In this document: piece after piece, positions 7,576 through 17,129 of the stretch
Position numbering within the stretch: position 1 is the first letter of the stretch
Layout of the letters: each line of letters begins with the position of its first letter
IMG/VR virus record: IMGVR_UViG_3300035698_019437
Coordinates: 1-64,000 of that record
DNA: 64,000 nucleotides
Source of the DNA: a virus
Strand: one strand, 5' to 3'
Notes under the pieces: generated by a model
Database searches by the model: none
Told to the model about the DNA's origin: nothing
The model's input: only the letters and a program-made list of their open reading frames with translations
Position numbers and translations under genes: made by a program

Positions 7576-7677
7576 CTCAACTGGATAGAGCAACGCTCTT
7601 CTTGTTCATCCTCCGTTAGAACGGAAACAGGGTTAACAAGAAAGCGTAGGTTAGAGGTTCGAATCCTCTTGTGGGTA
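7566..7677 (+). tRNA. tRNA-Arg(TCT) with 38-nt insertion in anticodon loop
   Basis: Acceptor ACCCGCA/TGTGGGT, D arm GCTC-AACTGGATA-GAGC, stem ACGCT/AGCGT enclosing CTTCT[7603-7640]AA, T arm AGAGG-TTCGAAT-CCTCT. Confidence 0.85.
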
Positions 7678-7691
7678 TTTGGAGATATAAA

Positions 7692-7880
7692 ATGAAATGT
7701 CCTAACTGTGATATGGAGTTGGAACTTATAAGCGAATCTGGCGAGCATAACGGTCCCAACGGCGGGAACATCTTCGTAGCCGAAGATATGGAAACCTGTA
7801 TCGAAGAATACGACAATAACATTACAACATATAAATGTCCCTTCTGTCGTACAGGTGTATACGTATCAGAACCTAAATGA
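7692..7880 (+). CDS. zinc-ribbon protein
   Basis: MKCPNC...CPFC; GGAG RBS. Confidence 0.72.
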   Translation: MKCPNCDMELELISESGEHNGPNGGNIFVAEDMETCIEEYDNNITTYKCPFCRTGVYVSEPK

Positions 7881-8047
7881 GTTCGACGTACAAAATCTTG
7901 TTTGTTTGTTGCAAATGTGGTTATGTAACAGAGCTAGAATTATATACCTGCGTTTCTCCTCCTAAAACATGGATATGTATGGACTGTACTCTCGAAACCA
8001 AAAGGTTTGAGGCTGGCGAATTCAATTGGCAAAATATAACCGTGTAA
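7877..8047 (+). CDS. W-tag zinc-finger protein (FNWQNITV), not in ORF track
   Basis: 56 aa, CKC..ICMDC; ATGA overlap; terminal motif. Confidence 0.72.
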   Translation: MSSTYKILFVCCKCGYVTELELYTCVSPPKTWICMDCTLETKRFEAGEFNWQNITV

Positions 8048-8226
8048 AAATTAAAGACTATTGCAGATATTGCGGATTCCAGATTACTTATAAATCCTAT
8101 AGTAGCTACAATAAAGATTATAGTCTCCTGCGCGATGAAGAATCTGGAGGCATTTTTTTCGCATGCAAAATCTGTGCTTTTAAACTAGGACATACTGGAT
8201 TTGCATGGAAAAATATGACGGTATAG
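8026..8226 (+). CDS. W-tag zinc-finger protein (FAWKNMTV)
   Basis: CRYC..CKIC; start uncertain. Confidence 0.68.
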   Translation: MAKYNRVKIKDYCRYCGFQITYKSYSSYNKDYSLLRDEESGGIFFACKICAFKLGHTGFAWKNMTV

Positions 8227-8228
8227 AC

Positions 8229-8405
8229 ATGGGAATTAATATTTGTCATTTTTGTAAGAATCCTATAAAACATTGTAGGTTAATGACAATAGTTAAACTT
8301 AAGACAAAAACTTCGTCCGTCTGGATATGCAACAAATGTGTTTCAATCGTTGCAAAAAGTAAAGATTCGAAGTTTGTATTTGTATGGAAAGAAATCGTTT
8401 TATGA
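8229..8405 (+). CDS. W-tag zinc-finger protein (FVWKEIVL)
   Basis: CHFC..ICNKC; terminal motif. Confidence 0.72.
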   Translation: MGINICHFCKNPIKHCRLMTIVKLKTKTSSVWICNKCVSIVAKSKDSKFVFVWKEIVL

Positions 8406-8788
8406 AGACCAAACGTTACTACCGTGTATTCGAAGTCAAGAAAGATGCCCCACATAGCATCTTTCATGGAACTCAAGGCTCTCGGATGTTGCCACTGAAT
8501 AAGTGGATAGAAGCTGATGTCAAAGACGTAACAGACGGAAGCGGTACGAGAGTTTACAAGTCTGGCTTCCATGTGATGAAAGACTTGCAGGCGACAACCG
8601 ACTTCTTCTTGAAGATGTTCAAGAAGTTCGAGAATCGAGTGATTGTTCCAGTAACGGTTGATGAGTCGGCAGGAATCTGGCGCAAAGAAAGAGCAAGAGG
8701 CGAAGTATTTTTGGCAAAGAAGATACGAATTGACAAGAGACAATGGAAAAAACGGATATACTTAGATAGTATAAATACACGCTCGTAG
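8402..8788 (+). CDS. hypothetical phage protein
   Basis: ATGA overlap; IFHG..LPLNKWIEA..SGFH. Confidence 0.75.
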   Translation: MKTKRYYRVFEVKKDAPHSIFHGTQGSRMLPLNKWIEADVKDVTDGSGTRVYKSGFHVMKDLQATTDFFLKMFKKFENRVIVPVTVDESAGIWRKERARGEVFLAKKIRIDKRQWKKRIYLDSINTRS

Positions 8789-8850
8789 TGAAATGGATAT
8801 CACGGGACGCTTCGAACGTCTCATTCTGGGTTCGATTCCTAGCGGGCGTA
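8779..8850 (+). tRNA. tRNA-Arg(TCG)
   Basis: Acceptor ACGCTCG/CGGGCGT, anticodon arm GGACG-CTTCGAA-CGTCT, T arm CTGGG-TTCGATT-CCTAG. Confidence 0.9.
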
Positions 8851-8852
8851 TT

Positions 8853-9203
8853 ATGGATAATCAGATGCCAAGGCCACATGGTAGATATCTTCATATCTAC
8901 GACGATTACGATAGCGTATATTTTCTTGATTTTCCTTTGATAGACAATAGAGCTTGTGTGGTTGTAGATTTACATACTAGTACGGTTGAACATATCTTCT
9001 GTAGCCACATTCAAAAGCAGTATAGATATCTTTGCGTTTATCAGAATAGTATTTCTGGAGGTTTCGAGAGCATGTGGCACGAAGCATTGTCTCTAACAAC
9101 GAAATTTAATATGTTAGTTATTATAGACAGGTTCGAAGGTAGAGTAACTAAAAACGTATATGGTCATGAACTCCTGTTTGTTTGGAAAGAGATAACAATA
9201 TGA
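8853..9203 (+). CDS. W-tag protein (FVWKEITI)
   Basis: First ATG after the tRNA; terminal motif. Confidence 0.72.
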   Translation: MDNQMPRPHGRYLHIYDDYDSVYFLDFPLIDNRACVVVDLHTSTVEHIFCSHIQKQYRYLCVYQNSISGGFESMWHEALSLTTKFNMLVIIDRFEGRVTKNVYGHELLFVWKEITI

Positions 9204-9727
9204 TGGAAATAGAAATCAAGATTCAGATTGGCGAGTTTGTTGAGATTGAAAAGATTGTTGAAGAGCATGCGTCTGTATGTCGTTCTGACTCTTACATAGA
9301 AGATATTTATTTTGACAACGGGACTTTAGCAGATCAAAGGAAATGTCTTCGTATTAGAAATGTAACAGGCAAATTCTGGGATGGGTTTTCTGTTCTGTCT
9401 TGCAAAGGTCCACCGTCAACAGAAGATGGTATCAAAAGCAGAAAAGAAACAGAAATTCCAGTACTCCCAAGAGATAAAGACGATTTCTTACATATCCTTG
9501 GAACTATGGGATTTGAAGAAACCGTACGTGTTAAAAAGCATCGTAGAGAATATACCTATGAATATTGCACAGTCTGCTTAGATGAAGTAGAGGGACTTGG
9601 GAATTTCATAGAGATAGAAGGAAACAGTATAGAAGAAGTTAATAAAGCAAAAGAAGTTCTTATTCCTAAAGATGATTTTGTTTGGGTAGTTGAAAGAAGC
9701 TATCCGGAATTGATGATGGAGAAATGA
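9200..9727 (+). CDS. CYTH-domain protein (class IV adenylate cyclase / triphosphate tunnel metalloenzyme family)
   Basis: N-terminal EIEIK (ExExK), DIYFD, LRIR, KGP..SRKETE, VKKHR, LDEVEGLGNFIEIE, SYPEL. Confidence 0.9.
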   Translation: MMEIEIKIQIGEFVEIEKIVEEHASVCRSDSYIEDIYFDNGTLADQRKCLRIRNVTGKFWDGFSVLSCKGPPSTEDGIKSRKETEIPVLPRDKDDFLHILGTMGFEETVRVKKHRREYTYEYCTVCLDEVEGLGNFIEIEGNSIEEVNKAKEVLIPKDDFVWVVERSYPELMMEK

Positions 9728-10032
9728 AAAGATATTACGTAATAGCTCCGCCAGATATAGCATGGGAATCGGATTGTGTTGATGCTGCTGATAGATGCCA
9801 TGCTTGGATGATTATAGATACTGAAGAAGAGACAGTACTTGAACTCAAATATCTGCCGAATCGGCCGGGGAGTAGATATTTTTGTATTAAGAATGACAGA
9901 TTCTGCTGGCGTTCATCAGTAAGTACAGTAAATCAACATCTGTTACCTTATGATTTTATCTTTGATTTTAATGATAGCATTGTTGTAAAAAACAATAGGA
10001 AATACTTATCATGGAAAACGATAAAGATATAG
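9724..10032 (+). CDS. W-tag protein (LSWKTIKI)
   Basis: ATGA overlap; terminal motif. Confidence 0.72.
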   Translation: MKRYYVIAPPDIAWESDCVDAADRCHAWMIIDTEEETVLELKYLPNRPGSRYFCIKNDRFCWRSSVSTVNQHLLPYDFIFDFNDSIVVKNNRKYLSWKTIKI

Positions 10033-10301
10033 AATTTGCTCCGCAAGATAGAATCAACTATCTTGAACCGTATATCAAAACGGTTTTAGAAGCTGTTGGT
10101 CACCCAGAGGCTTGGGTAAGCGATGAATCTAAAATGCATGATTTCATGGATATCTTCAATTGGATAAGAGATGAAAATGATTATCCGATAGGGTTAACAG
10201 AAGAAGGAAAGAAGTGGCATGCTGATGTAAAAGAAACTCTAGGGATAGATTTCGAATTAAATGAGTTGGTTTGGGAAGTAGCTAAAAGGCTTGCAACATG
10301 A
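10011..10301 (+). CDS. hypothetical protein
   Basis: 96-aa acidic ORF. Confidence 0.7.
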   Translation: MENDKDIEFAPQDRINYLEPYIKTVLEAVGHPEAWVSDESKMHDFMDIFNWIRDENDYPIGLTEEGKKWHADVKETLGIDFELNELVWEVAKRLAT

Positions 10302-10471
10302 AAAAAGGCAAGATGTCTGAAGAAGAATGGCACGATGAGCTTGACGGCTTTAGAATAGATTTCTTGTATAGCTGTCTTAAAGATCACAGAGTACCTACTG
10401 TCATTATGCCAGATTTAATAAGCTACTTAAGTCTTAGAAAAGAATTTTGCTGGATCGACATAATCAAATAA
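10298..10471 (+). CDS. W-tag protein (FCWIDIIK), not in ORF track
   Basis: 57-aa ORF with ATGA overlap. Confidence 0.65.
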   Translation: MKKGKMSEEEWHDELDGFRIDFLYSCLKDHRVPTVIMPDLISYLSLRKEFCWIDIIK

Positions 10472-10477
10472 ACCCAT

Positions 10478-10681
10478 ATGGAAGAAAAAGGCACAATAAA
10501 AGTAGATAATCTGGTTAAACAGACGATTCATGTTGTCGATATTATAGATACAACGTTCAATGATGCGATGCAGAAGGCGATAGAACATCAAGAGCCAGGT
10601 TGCATAGTTGTCATTGAAGGAGAAAATTTTAAAATTAAACTAGACAATGGCAAATTTTATGGTATATATAAACGTAAGTAA
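10478..10681 (+). CDS. hypothetical protein
   Basis: 67-aa ORF. Confidence 0.6.
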   Translation: MEEKGTIKVDNLVKQTIHVVDIIDTTFNDAMQKAIEHQEPGCIVVIEGENFKIKLDNGKFYGIYKRK

Positions 10682-10683
10682 TC

Positions 10684-10757
10684 GCGCCGTTGGTGTTTAA
10701 CGGCTAGCACGTCAGCCTTCCAAGCTGAAAGTACCAGTTCGAATCTGGTACGGCGCT
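10684..10757 (+). tRNA. tRNA-Gly(TCC)
   Basis: Acceptor GCGCCGT/ACGGCGC, anticodon arm TCAGC-CTTCCAA-GCTGA, U73. Confidence 0.93.
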
Positions 10758-10762
10758 TTAAA

Positions 10763-10969
10763 ATGTGGTATGTGTATTATATTCTGATTGGGTTGTTTTG
10801 CGGTCTTCTTTCTTATCTATTCGATAAAGAAGATTCTCCGGGTGAAAGAAGAGTATCTATCCTATTCTCTATTTTTGGATGGCCGGTGATTCTTTTTGCC
10901 ATTATATTTATGCTAACTATAGCTTTCTTTATAAGAATTTTCGAAGAATTCAAAGTATATTGGTCTTAA
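10763..10969 (+). CDS. small membrane protein
   Basis: Two hydrophobic segments, SIFGWP. Confidence 0.7.
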   Translation: MWYVYYILIGLFCGLLSYLFDKEDSPGERRVSILFSIFGWPVILFAIIFMLTIAFFIRIFEEFKVYWS

Positions 10970-10972
10970 AAC

Positions 10973-11215
10973 ATGCCATCTAAAGAATACATCCAAAGAA
11001 TCAGAGACAGATTCCAAAGAAAAGTAATGGCTTATCCTGAGCCTATTATTACGCATCATGGGGATTGCGAAATTTATCGCACAGATGCACCTGTATGCAA
11101 CTGTGGACTTTTGCATGATTTACTACCGATAGAAGAAGCTGAAATGTTGTATCCTGATTTTGTAAAAGATTTGGATAAGCACTATGCTACAATAGACAAG
11201 GCTTCTGATAGATAG
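10973..11215 (+). CDS. hypothetical protein, possible Zn-binding
   Basis: HHGDC...CNCGLLH. Confidence 0.7.
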   Translation: MPSKEYIQRIRDRFQRKVMAYPEPIITHHGDCEIYRTDAPVCNCGLLHDLLPIEEAEMLYPDFVKDLDKHYATIDKASDR

Positions 11216-11221
11216 TTTATT

Positions 11222-12391
11222 TTATAGTCCTTCTTCTTCTCTACGCCATTCCTTGCCAGTAACTAGACCTTTGAATTGAAGAAGTCCAGATAGGTCGTCA
11301 TTTATGATTAATCTAAGCTCGTCGGCATCTTCAGATTTTAGTACGATAGGCTCTGTAAATGTGCTAACAAGTTTAAGATAAGTGTTTGTGCCATCACATA
11401 CCACGCTGTCAATAGTTGCATCTGCCCCATTAAGGACATCTCCCAGACTATGGATAACACTTGCTTGTTTAACGATATTATCCTGTACCCTCTGATATGT
11501 TACGCCGTTACCTAGATAATCTGCACCAAGCAGTTTGTCATATGATAATCCAGGTGCTGTGCCATCAGCAACACTTATGTCGAGAATATCTGCAAGAGTC
11601 CAGACCAGTTTATACACATAATACCAAGTTCCTTTTGCTGGTTTAATAGTAAATGTAGTAGGATCATCTCCAACCTGTTGTATCTCAACATAATCCAAAT
11701 AGAAATTGATGTTTTTATCTAATAGTGTTATTCGCAAACCGTCAAATGTACTAGGCAATCCTGCTATTCCAAGATCAGATAATGATATACTAAATTGTTG
11801 CCATGTATTCAGACTTCCTACATCTATGTAATTACCTATGGCAACTGAATTCCCAAGTGTTGTCAATGCTCCAACATCCCACCCCTGGAGTGTCAACCCC
11901 TTGTTTTTCCATTTTGTGAGATAAATCCATCCTGTCACAGTGGTATAGCCGGTTAAATCTAGATCACCACCTCTAGCGAATTGCATAACATCATTTTTAT
12001 CGGCACTCACTGTCTCAACCGACCTAGCAGAAACTGTAATGTCTGCTACTGCTCCTGTAGTCGTTAAATTATCAATGTCGTATCCAACATCTGCTATAAT
12101 AGTTACTACAGCAGCCGTTGCAGATGCTGAAACACCGGTGATACCATCGAGAGCAGTAGCGATATTTGTAGCACAGACATCGTTAGTGGCTGCACCTGGA
12201 CCTACCCAATCCCCTGGCTCGCTTTTAGTAGTCGCAGAGCCGTTAATCGATATTACAATATCATCTCCACCAAGGTCGTCTTTATCGAGAACGGTAATGG
12301 TAGCTTCTTTCGCGTGTGTATTTGCATCATTAAAAGTAAAATCTGTACCAACAATGGATGATGCCGTCCACTGTTTCTGATTCGTAACCAT
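11222..12391 (-). CDS. beta-rich putative virion protein, N-terminus possibly lost
   Basis: 389 aa, T/G/D-rich; overlaps the end of the upstream gene out of frame. Confidence 0.7.
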   Translation of the reverse strand: MVTNQKQWTASSIVGTDFTFNDANTHAKEATITVLDKDDLGGDDIVISINGSATTKSEPGDWVGPGAATNDVCATNIATALDGITGVSASATAAVVTIIADVGYDIDNLTTTGAVADITVSARSVETVSADKNDVMQFARGGDLDLTGYTTVTGWIYLTKWKNKGLTLQGWDVGALTTLGNSVAIGNYIDVGSLNTWQQFSISLSDLGIAGLPSTFDGLRITLLDKNINFYLDYVEIQQVGDDPTTFTIKPAKGTWYYVYKLVWTLADILDISVADGTAPGLSYDKLLGADYLGNGVTYQRVQDNIVKQASVIHSLGDVLNGADATIDSVVCDGTNTYLKLVSTFTEPIVLKSEDADELRLIINDDLSGLLQFKGLVTGKEWRREEEGL

Positions 12392-12902
12392 CTAATATAA
12401 CAGAATTAGCAGATGCGTCTGTTTTTTTGATATAATAGTACTTACCTTCATATTCTGATGCTTCTGGTAAATTAATTGTAACGTCGCCGCCAGATGCATT
12501 TACTAAAATTACGTCTTCTTGATCTGGTGTATAATCAACAGATGTTGAAGATGAAACATATACATTGGCTTCATCCGTAATAAGAGCATTTACTTCTGAC
12601 TTTGTATAATAGTTGTCAAGTTGATCATCTTTTGTTAAGACTACGCCAGTATCTGCATCTTTTTTATTGAATTTCTTTCTTTTGCTGTCTTTTTTACGTG
12701 TGAATTTCAGCCATCCTCGTCGCAAAAGGGATGCCAGATTCTTAGATTGTGATGCTTTTTGCTGCGTTGTAAATAGCAACAAGTCTATAGACTGCCCCGA
12801 TGCTATAGTAGGAATATTCAAGTCACCTATACTTAGTTCTTGACTTGTAGTATTTTTGACTATATATTGTTCTCTCTGGTTTTGGTCTGTACGGATAGCC
12901 AT
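12330..12902 (-). CDS. putative virion protein, C-terminus possibly truncated
   Basis: VILVNASGGDVTINLP..YYIKKTD..NSVILDG..ETVDG tail-fibre-type segment ending abruptly. Confidence 0.7.
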   Translation of the reverse strand: MAIRTDQNQREQYIVKNTTSQELSIGDLNIPTIASGQSIDLLLFTTQQKASQSKNLASLLRRGWLKFTRKKDSKRKKFNKKDADTGVVLTKDDQLDNYYTKSEVNALITDEANVYVSSSTSVDYTPDQEDVILVNASGGDVTINLPEASEYEGKYYYIKKTDASANSVILDGYESETVDGIIHCWYRFYF

Positions 12903-12983
12903 ATTGATATAGTTACGTCATTAAACTTATTTTCCTTGAAAATTTGTAGAAAGATATTGACGATTTATAGAGTATAGAATTAT

Positions 12984-14222
12984 ATGAATTGGAACCACTA
13001 CATACATGTACTCTCTCAACAGCAAATGGTAGAAGAGGAAGTAGATGCTCCTCAACTTGATGATGGAGATATCGGTTTGCCTCCAATTGATAATGATAAT
13101 GATGATTTTGGTGGCGATGACTTCCAACCAGATAAAGATATGATTATAAGAATAAGTACTTGGGCTAGTGAAGTTGGAGTCGAAGAAGTAGGACAAAATA
13201 TATTGCCTATAGTATTAGATACTCCACCAGAATCTGTAACTGTTAATACAATTTATAATCCCAACAATATCTCTATATTCAGAACAACTGGACATGTAAG
13301 AGTAACGTTTAAAATTCCTTTTGAAGACAATACTCCTCAACGTTTCTTAATAGAAAACGAAATAAAGAATCATCTTTTAGAATCAAGCATATGGGATTAT
13401 ATCAAGATTCCTCGCGAAAGAGGATTCTTCTATATGCAAAGTGAATATTTCATGAGTGCTGTAATCAACATTCTTACTTGGAATGTTTTGGTAAAGAAAG
13501 AAAAAGATATATCCTTTTGGACTTACGAAAATGCAGATCAGCATATGTCTGAAATAGAACAATCCATATCGCAAAGAATTCCTAATATGGATTTACAGAA
13601 TATGCAACTAAAAAAAGATGCAAAATCTGCAAAAAGTACTGTTCAATTACAGGGTTTGGGTGGAAGGAAGATTACTGTCACTTCTAAAATTGACTATGTA
13701 TTTACTGCTTCTCCGTGGAAACCAGAACAGAAACATGGTGAAGGAGCATTTATGGCATTATCTCCAAATCAGCAATATAGAATAATGGAAGATTTGGCTC
13801 AGGCCGTAGAGAACGTGCAGTATAGAATAGAAGAAGGTGGAGGATTGACAGCAACAGTTAATTTGTTAGGTAGACACCAAATGTCTTATTTCCCAGATGA
13901 GGATAACGATGAGCCAGAAGTTAATTCCGTAGATTTTGATCCAGAGCCATTTATAATTGATTTGCCTTTAGATAGTTTTGAATACATAAACGCTATAGAT
14001 GCCATGACTTTAAAAAAAGCATTACCCTCAATACCTGTTAGACTTTTACATTTAGTTAGAGAACAGATAGAAGTTAGAGGCGATGTTTATAGTAGAGATG
14101 AAAGATCACACGAGGGAGAAGTAGTTAATATCAATGCTATTTTACTTTTAGATCATGTTGATTTCGAAGGTGATTCTGTAAAACTAACAGTAGTTCCTAT
14201 AGAACAAAGCATAGATTGGTGA
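12984..14222 (+). CDS. acidic hypothetical protein with MNW N-terminus
   Basis: 412-aa ORF. Confidence 0.8.
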   Translation: MNWNHYIHVLSQQQMVEEEVDAPQLDDGDIGLPPIDNDNDDFGGDDFQPDKDMIIRISTWASEVGVEEVGQNILPIVLDTPPESVTVNTIYNPNNISIFRTTGHVRVTFKIPFEDNTPQRFLIENEIKNHLLESSIWDYIKIPRERGFFYMQSEYFMSAVINILTWNVLVKKEKDISFWTYENADQHMSEIEQSISQRIPNMDLQNMQLKKDAKSAKSTVQLQGLGGRKITVTSKIDYVFTASPWKPEQKHGEGAFMALSPNQQYRIMEDLAQAVENVQYRIEEGGGLTATVNLLGRHQMSYFPDEDNDEPEVNSVDFDPEPFIIDLPLDSFEYINAIDAMTLKKALPSIPVRLLHLVREQIEVRGDVYSRDERSHEGEVVNINAILLLDHVDFEGDSVKLTVVPIEQSIDW

Positions 14223-14272
14223 TATCATGAAAGTGGTATCTTACTGATAATATAAATTGTTAGGATAATCGT

Positions 14273-15282
14273 ATGAAAAAATGTGGAGTTTATGTTATAA
14301 AAAACATAGTAAATGATAAATTGTATGTGGGAAGCAGTATAGACATTGATCATCGATATCGAGTACATATTTCAAACTTGAACAATAATAAACATGAGAA
14401 TTGCCATTTACAATATTCTTTTAATAAATATGGAAAAGCAAATTTTATCTTTTATATTATAGAACAATGTAAAGAACCGATTTTAAGAAAACGAGAACAA
14501 TATTATATAGATACATTAAATACCTTAGATAGAGTAATCGGCTATAACATTAGACCGGATACATATTGCAAAACATTTTCTGAAGAAACAAGAAAAAAAC
14601 TTAGCATTGCTGCAAAAAATAGACCTGCATCTTATTGGAAAAAGTTAAGCGATACAAGAAAAGGGTGGTCTCCTACAAAAGAACAAAGAAAAAGAATGTC
14701 TCTTTCACATAAAGGTAAACCACTATCGCAAAAACACAAGGACAGTATAAGTAGGGCATTATTAGGTAGAGTACCTTCTAAAGAGACTATAGAAAAACAG
14801 TCGAAAGCGAGAAAGGGACGTAAAGTTCCAGACTATATAAAACGAAAAATAAGTAATGCTTTAAGAGGAAGAAAACTAAGTGATGTAACTCGAAAAAAGA
14901 TGAGTGATTACTGGAAAATCTTTCTATGGTAGAACAAAAAGAACGCAATAAAAAAATATCTAAATCCTTGTTGGGACATAAACATTCGGAAGAAACAAAA
15001 ATAAAAATATCTAAAAGAAAGAAATCATATTATACTAATTTGAGGAAAAAAGGAATTTCCATAAAAAATATATCATGGTCTGAAAAAGCAAAAGCAAAAG
15101 GACGAGAACGAAGAAAACAAAATCCAATACTATATAAAAAATATGGTAAAGAAGTGATAGAGTCTTTTATAGGTGAATATGGTAATGGTATGCATATCTG
15201 TGAGGCTATACATAAATATAATATTCCTTCAATTGGAATAGGATATTATATAATAAGACAAAGAAAAAAGGGTAATATATGA
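14273..15282 (+). CDS. GIY-YIG homing endonuclease with NUMOD3-like repeats, split by an apparent frameshift (14273..14932 + 14926..15282)
   Basis: GVYVIKN..LYVGSS..R..H..HEN..LQ..REQ..GYN; SEETRKKLS and HSEETKIKIS repeats. Confidence 0.85.
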
Positions 15283-15605
15283 AACTAATAATATCGGATA
15301 AGATTGTGGATATACTTGGTGAAGGTGGAAAATCTAGGGGAAAGGACAATAAACAATATGATGAAGAGCAGCTTTTACTTGGTAAAGATATTGAACAAGA
15401 GCATGTAGCATATAATCCAAATTTGACTCAAGAAGAAAAAGATGAAATAGCAGAAAAAATTACACGAGACCATTTAGAAGAAGCAGGTGATGTTAAAAGT
15501 AATGAAGGAACCGATAAAGGCGCGAAGTATTATGATTTGCTTGAGGACATGGAAAAGAAAATAAACAAAAGATTGGGCAAAAGTAAAGAAAACCAAAAAG
15601 ATTAG
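15279..15605 (+). CDS. DUF5661-like protein
   Basis: G.DIEQEH..AEKITRDHLEE..YYDLL. Confidence 0.65.
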   Translation: MKLIISDKIVDILGEGGKSRGKDNKQYDEEQLLLGKDIEQEHVAYNPNLTQEEKDEIAEKITRDHLEEAGDVKSNEGTDKGAKYYDLLEDMEKKINKRLGKSKENQKD

Positions 15606-15685
15606 AAGAGTGAAAGAGATATTTATATACTAAGAACAAAGAATTATATCATTTTAGCGTGTCGGGAGTAGACACGAACGGAGGG

Positions 15686-15722
15686 AGCGCCTTGGTTTGC
15701 AAAAGCCGAGGCGCTTTTTTTT
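15686..15722 (+). terminator. Rho-independent terminator
   Basis: AGCGCCTTGGTTT-GCAA-AAGCCGAGGCGCT followed by a T run. Confidence 0.85.
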
Positions 15723-15735
15723 CGATAATTAAAGT

Positions 15736-17127
15736 ATGAGATTCGTCAATACAACTCGAAATACCGTATACATACAAGACATCGATAAAAGCATTCCTTT
15801 CGATGGTGAAAACTCTCAAGAAATCGATATAGATGATGTCAAAAAATCTCGCGGATTTAGAAAGATGATCCAACTTGGGCAGTTTCATATTACAAAATGT
15901 GGAAGCAGCGTTTTTGAGAAGAACCTATTACGTATACAGAGTGCTTCTTCAGATTTTGTTGAACCACTAAAAAAGGCTAAACCAGAACATAAGAAACCAG
16001 ATGCAGGTGAAACTATGGAAGTAAGAATCAAAGGACATTTCTATGATGCTGGCGGATATGCTAAAGTAAACAGAAATTTAGCATTGGCTTTGAAGAATGT
16101 AGGAGTAAAAATACAGATTGATTCAGTGTGTGATTATCTGAATGACTTGAACGAGCTAGAAATAAGACAGCTAGCTCCTATGAAGCAACCACTCAGTAAT
16201 AAAGCAATCAATATAGATAGTATGGTTCCAAGTTTCGGTAACCAGAGTTTCGGTAAATATAACATCCTATATACAACTATAGAATCCTGTACAATACCTC
16301 AACAATTTATAGATGCTACTAATGGGTACAATGAGATATGGGTAACATCTGATTTCTGTAAGAAGATTCTTAAAGACTATATCGACAGAGATATATTTGT
16401 GTTACCTGATTCTATAAACACGAACATGTATAAATGCGGAATAGAGCCTCATGAGTTTCGGCCTCAATTAAGAGACTTTGTGTTTGTTAGTGTATTTGGA
16501 TGGAGTTACCGCAAAGGTTACGATGTTTTATTAAGAAGCTACTTGGAAGAATTCTCCGGTGATGATCCGGTATCTTTGTTAATATTTAGCAGGTATCAGT
16601 CTAATACTGGAAGAAGCGGAGTCATCAAGAAAACTATAGAAGAGTACGTCAAAAAATATGGTGGTTCGAATCCTCCTCATATTTCAAGATGCACCAAGGT
16701 TATACCAGAGTCTCAGATGCCTAACATCTATGCCGCATGTAATGCTTTTGTCCTATTCTCAAGAGGAGAAGGTTTCGGTATTCCTTACTGCGAAGCTAGC
16801 CTATGTGGATTACCTGTTATCGGAGTTGAACATAGCGGGCATACTATGTTTTTGGATCATGATAACTCAACGCTAATAAAACCAGATAAATTTTCTGAAA
16901 TGGCACCAGGAACAATGCATGTTCATTATTGGGATAATCAAGTATTTCCAGAACTCAAAAATGAAAGAGTTATTGAAGATGCAAAGAAGGCAATGAGAAA
17001 AGTTTACAACAATTATGATAATGCTGTCGATAAAAATAAGAAGCTTAAGGAGTTCATCAAAACTCATTACAGCATTGATAAAATAGCGTCTGAGGCAAAA
17101 GCTCGCCTTGAGAAAGCTTGGAGATAA
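15736..17127 (+). CDS. GT4 (GT-B) glycosyltransferase with extra N-terminal domain
   Basis: GGYA, NEIWVTS, RKGYDVLL, SRGEGFGIPYCEA (E-x7-E), GLPVI. Confidence 0.9.
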   Translation: MRFVNTTRNTVYIQDIDKSIPFDGENSQEIDIDDVKKSRGFRKMIQLGQFHITKCGSSVFEKNLLRIQSASSDFVEPLKKAKPEHKKPDAGETMEVRIKGHFYDAGGYAKVNRNLALALKNVGVKIQIDSVCDYLNDLNELEIRQLAPMKQPLSNKAINIDSMVPSFGNQSFGKYNILYTTIESCTIPQQFIDATNGYNEIWVTSDFCKKILKDYIDRDIFVLPDSINTNMYKCGIEPHEFRPQLRDFVFVSVFGWSYRKGYDVLLRSYLEEFSGDDPVSLLIFSRYQSNTGRSGVIKKTIEEYVKKYGGSNPPHISRCTKVIPESQMPNIYAACNAFVLFSRGEGFGIPYCEASLCGLPVIGVEHSGHTMFLDHDNSTLIKPDKFSEMAPGTMHVHYWDNQVFPELKNERVIEDAKKAMRKVYNNYDNAVDKNKKLKEFIKTHYSIDKIASEAKARLEKAWR

Positions 17128-17129
17128 AC

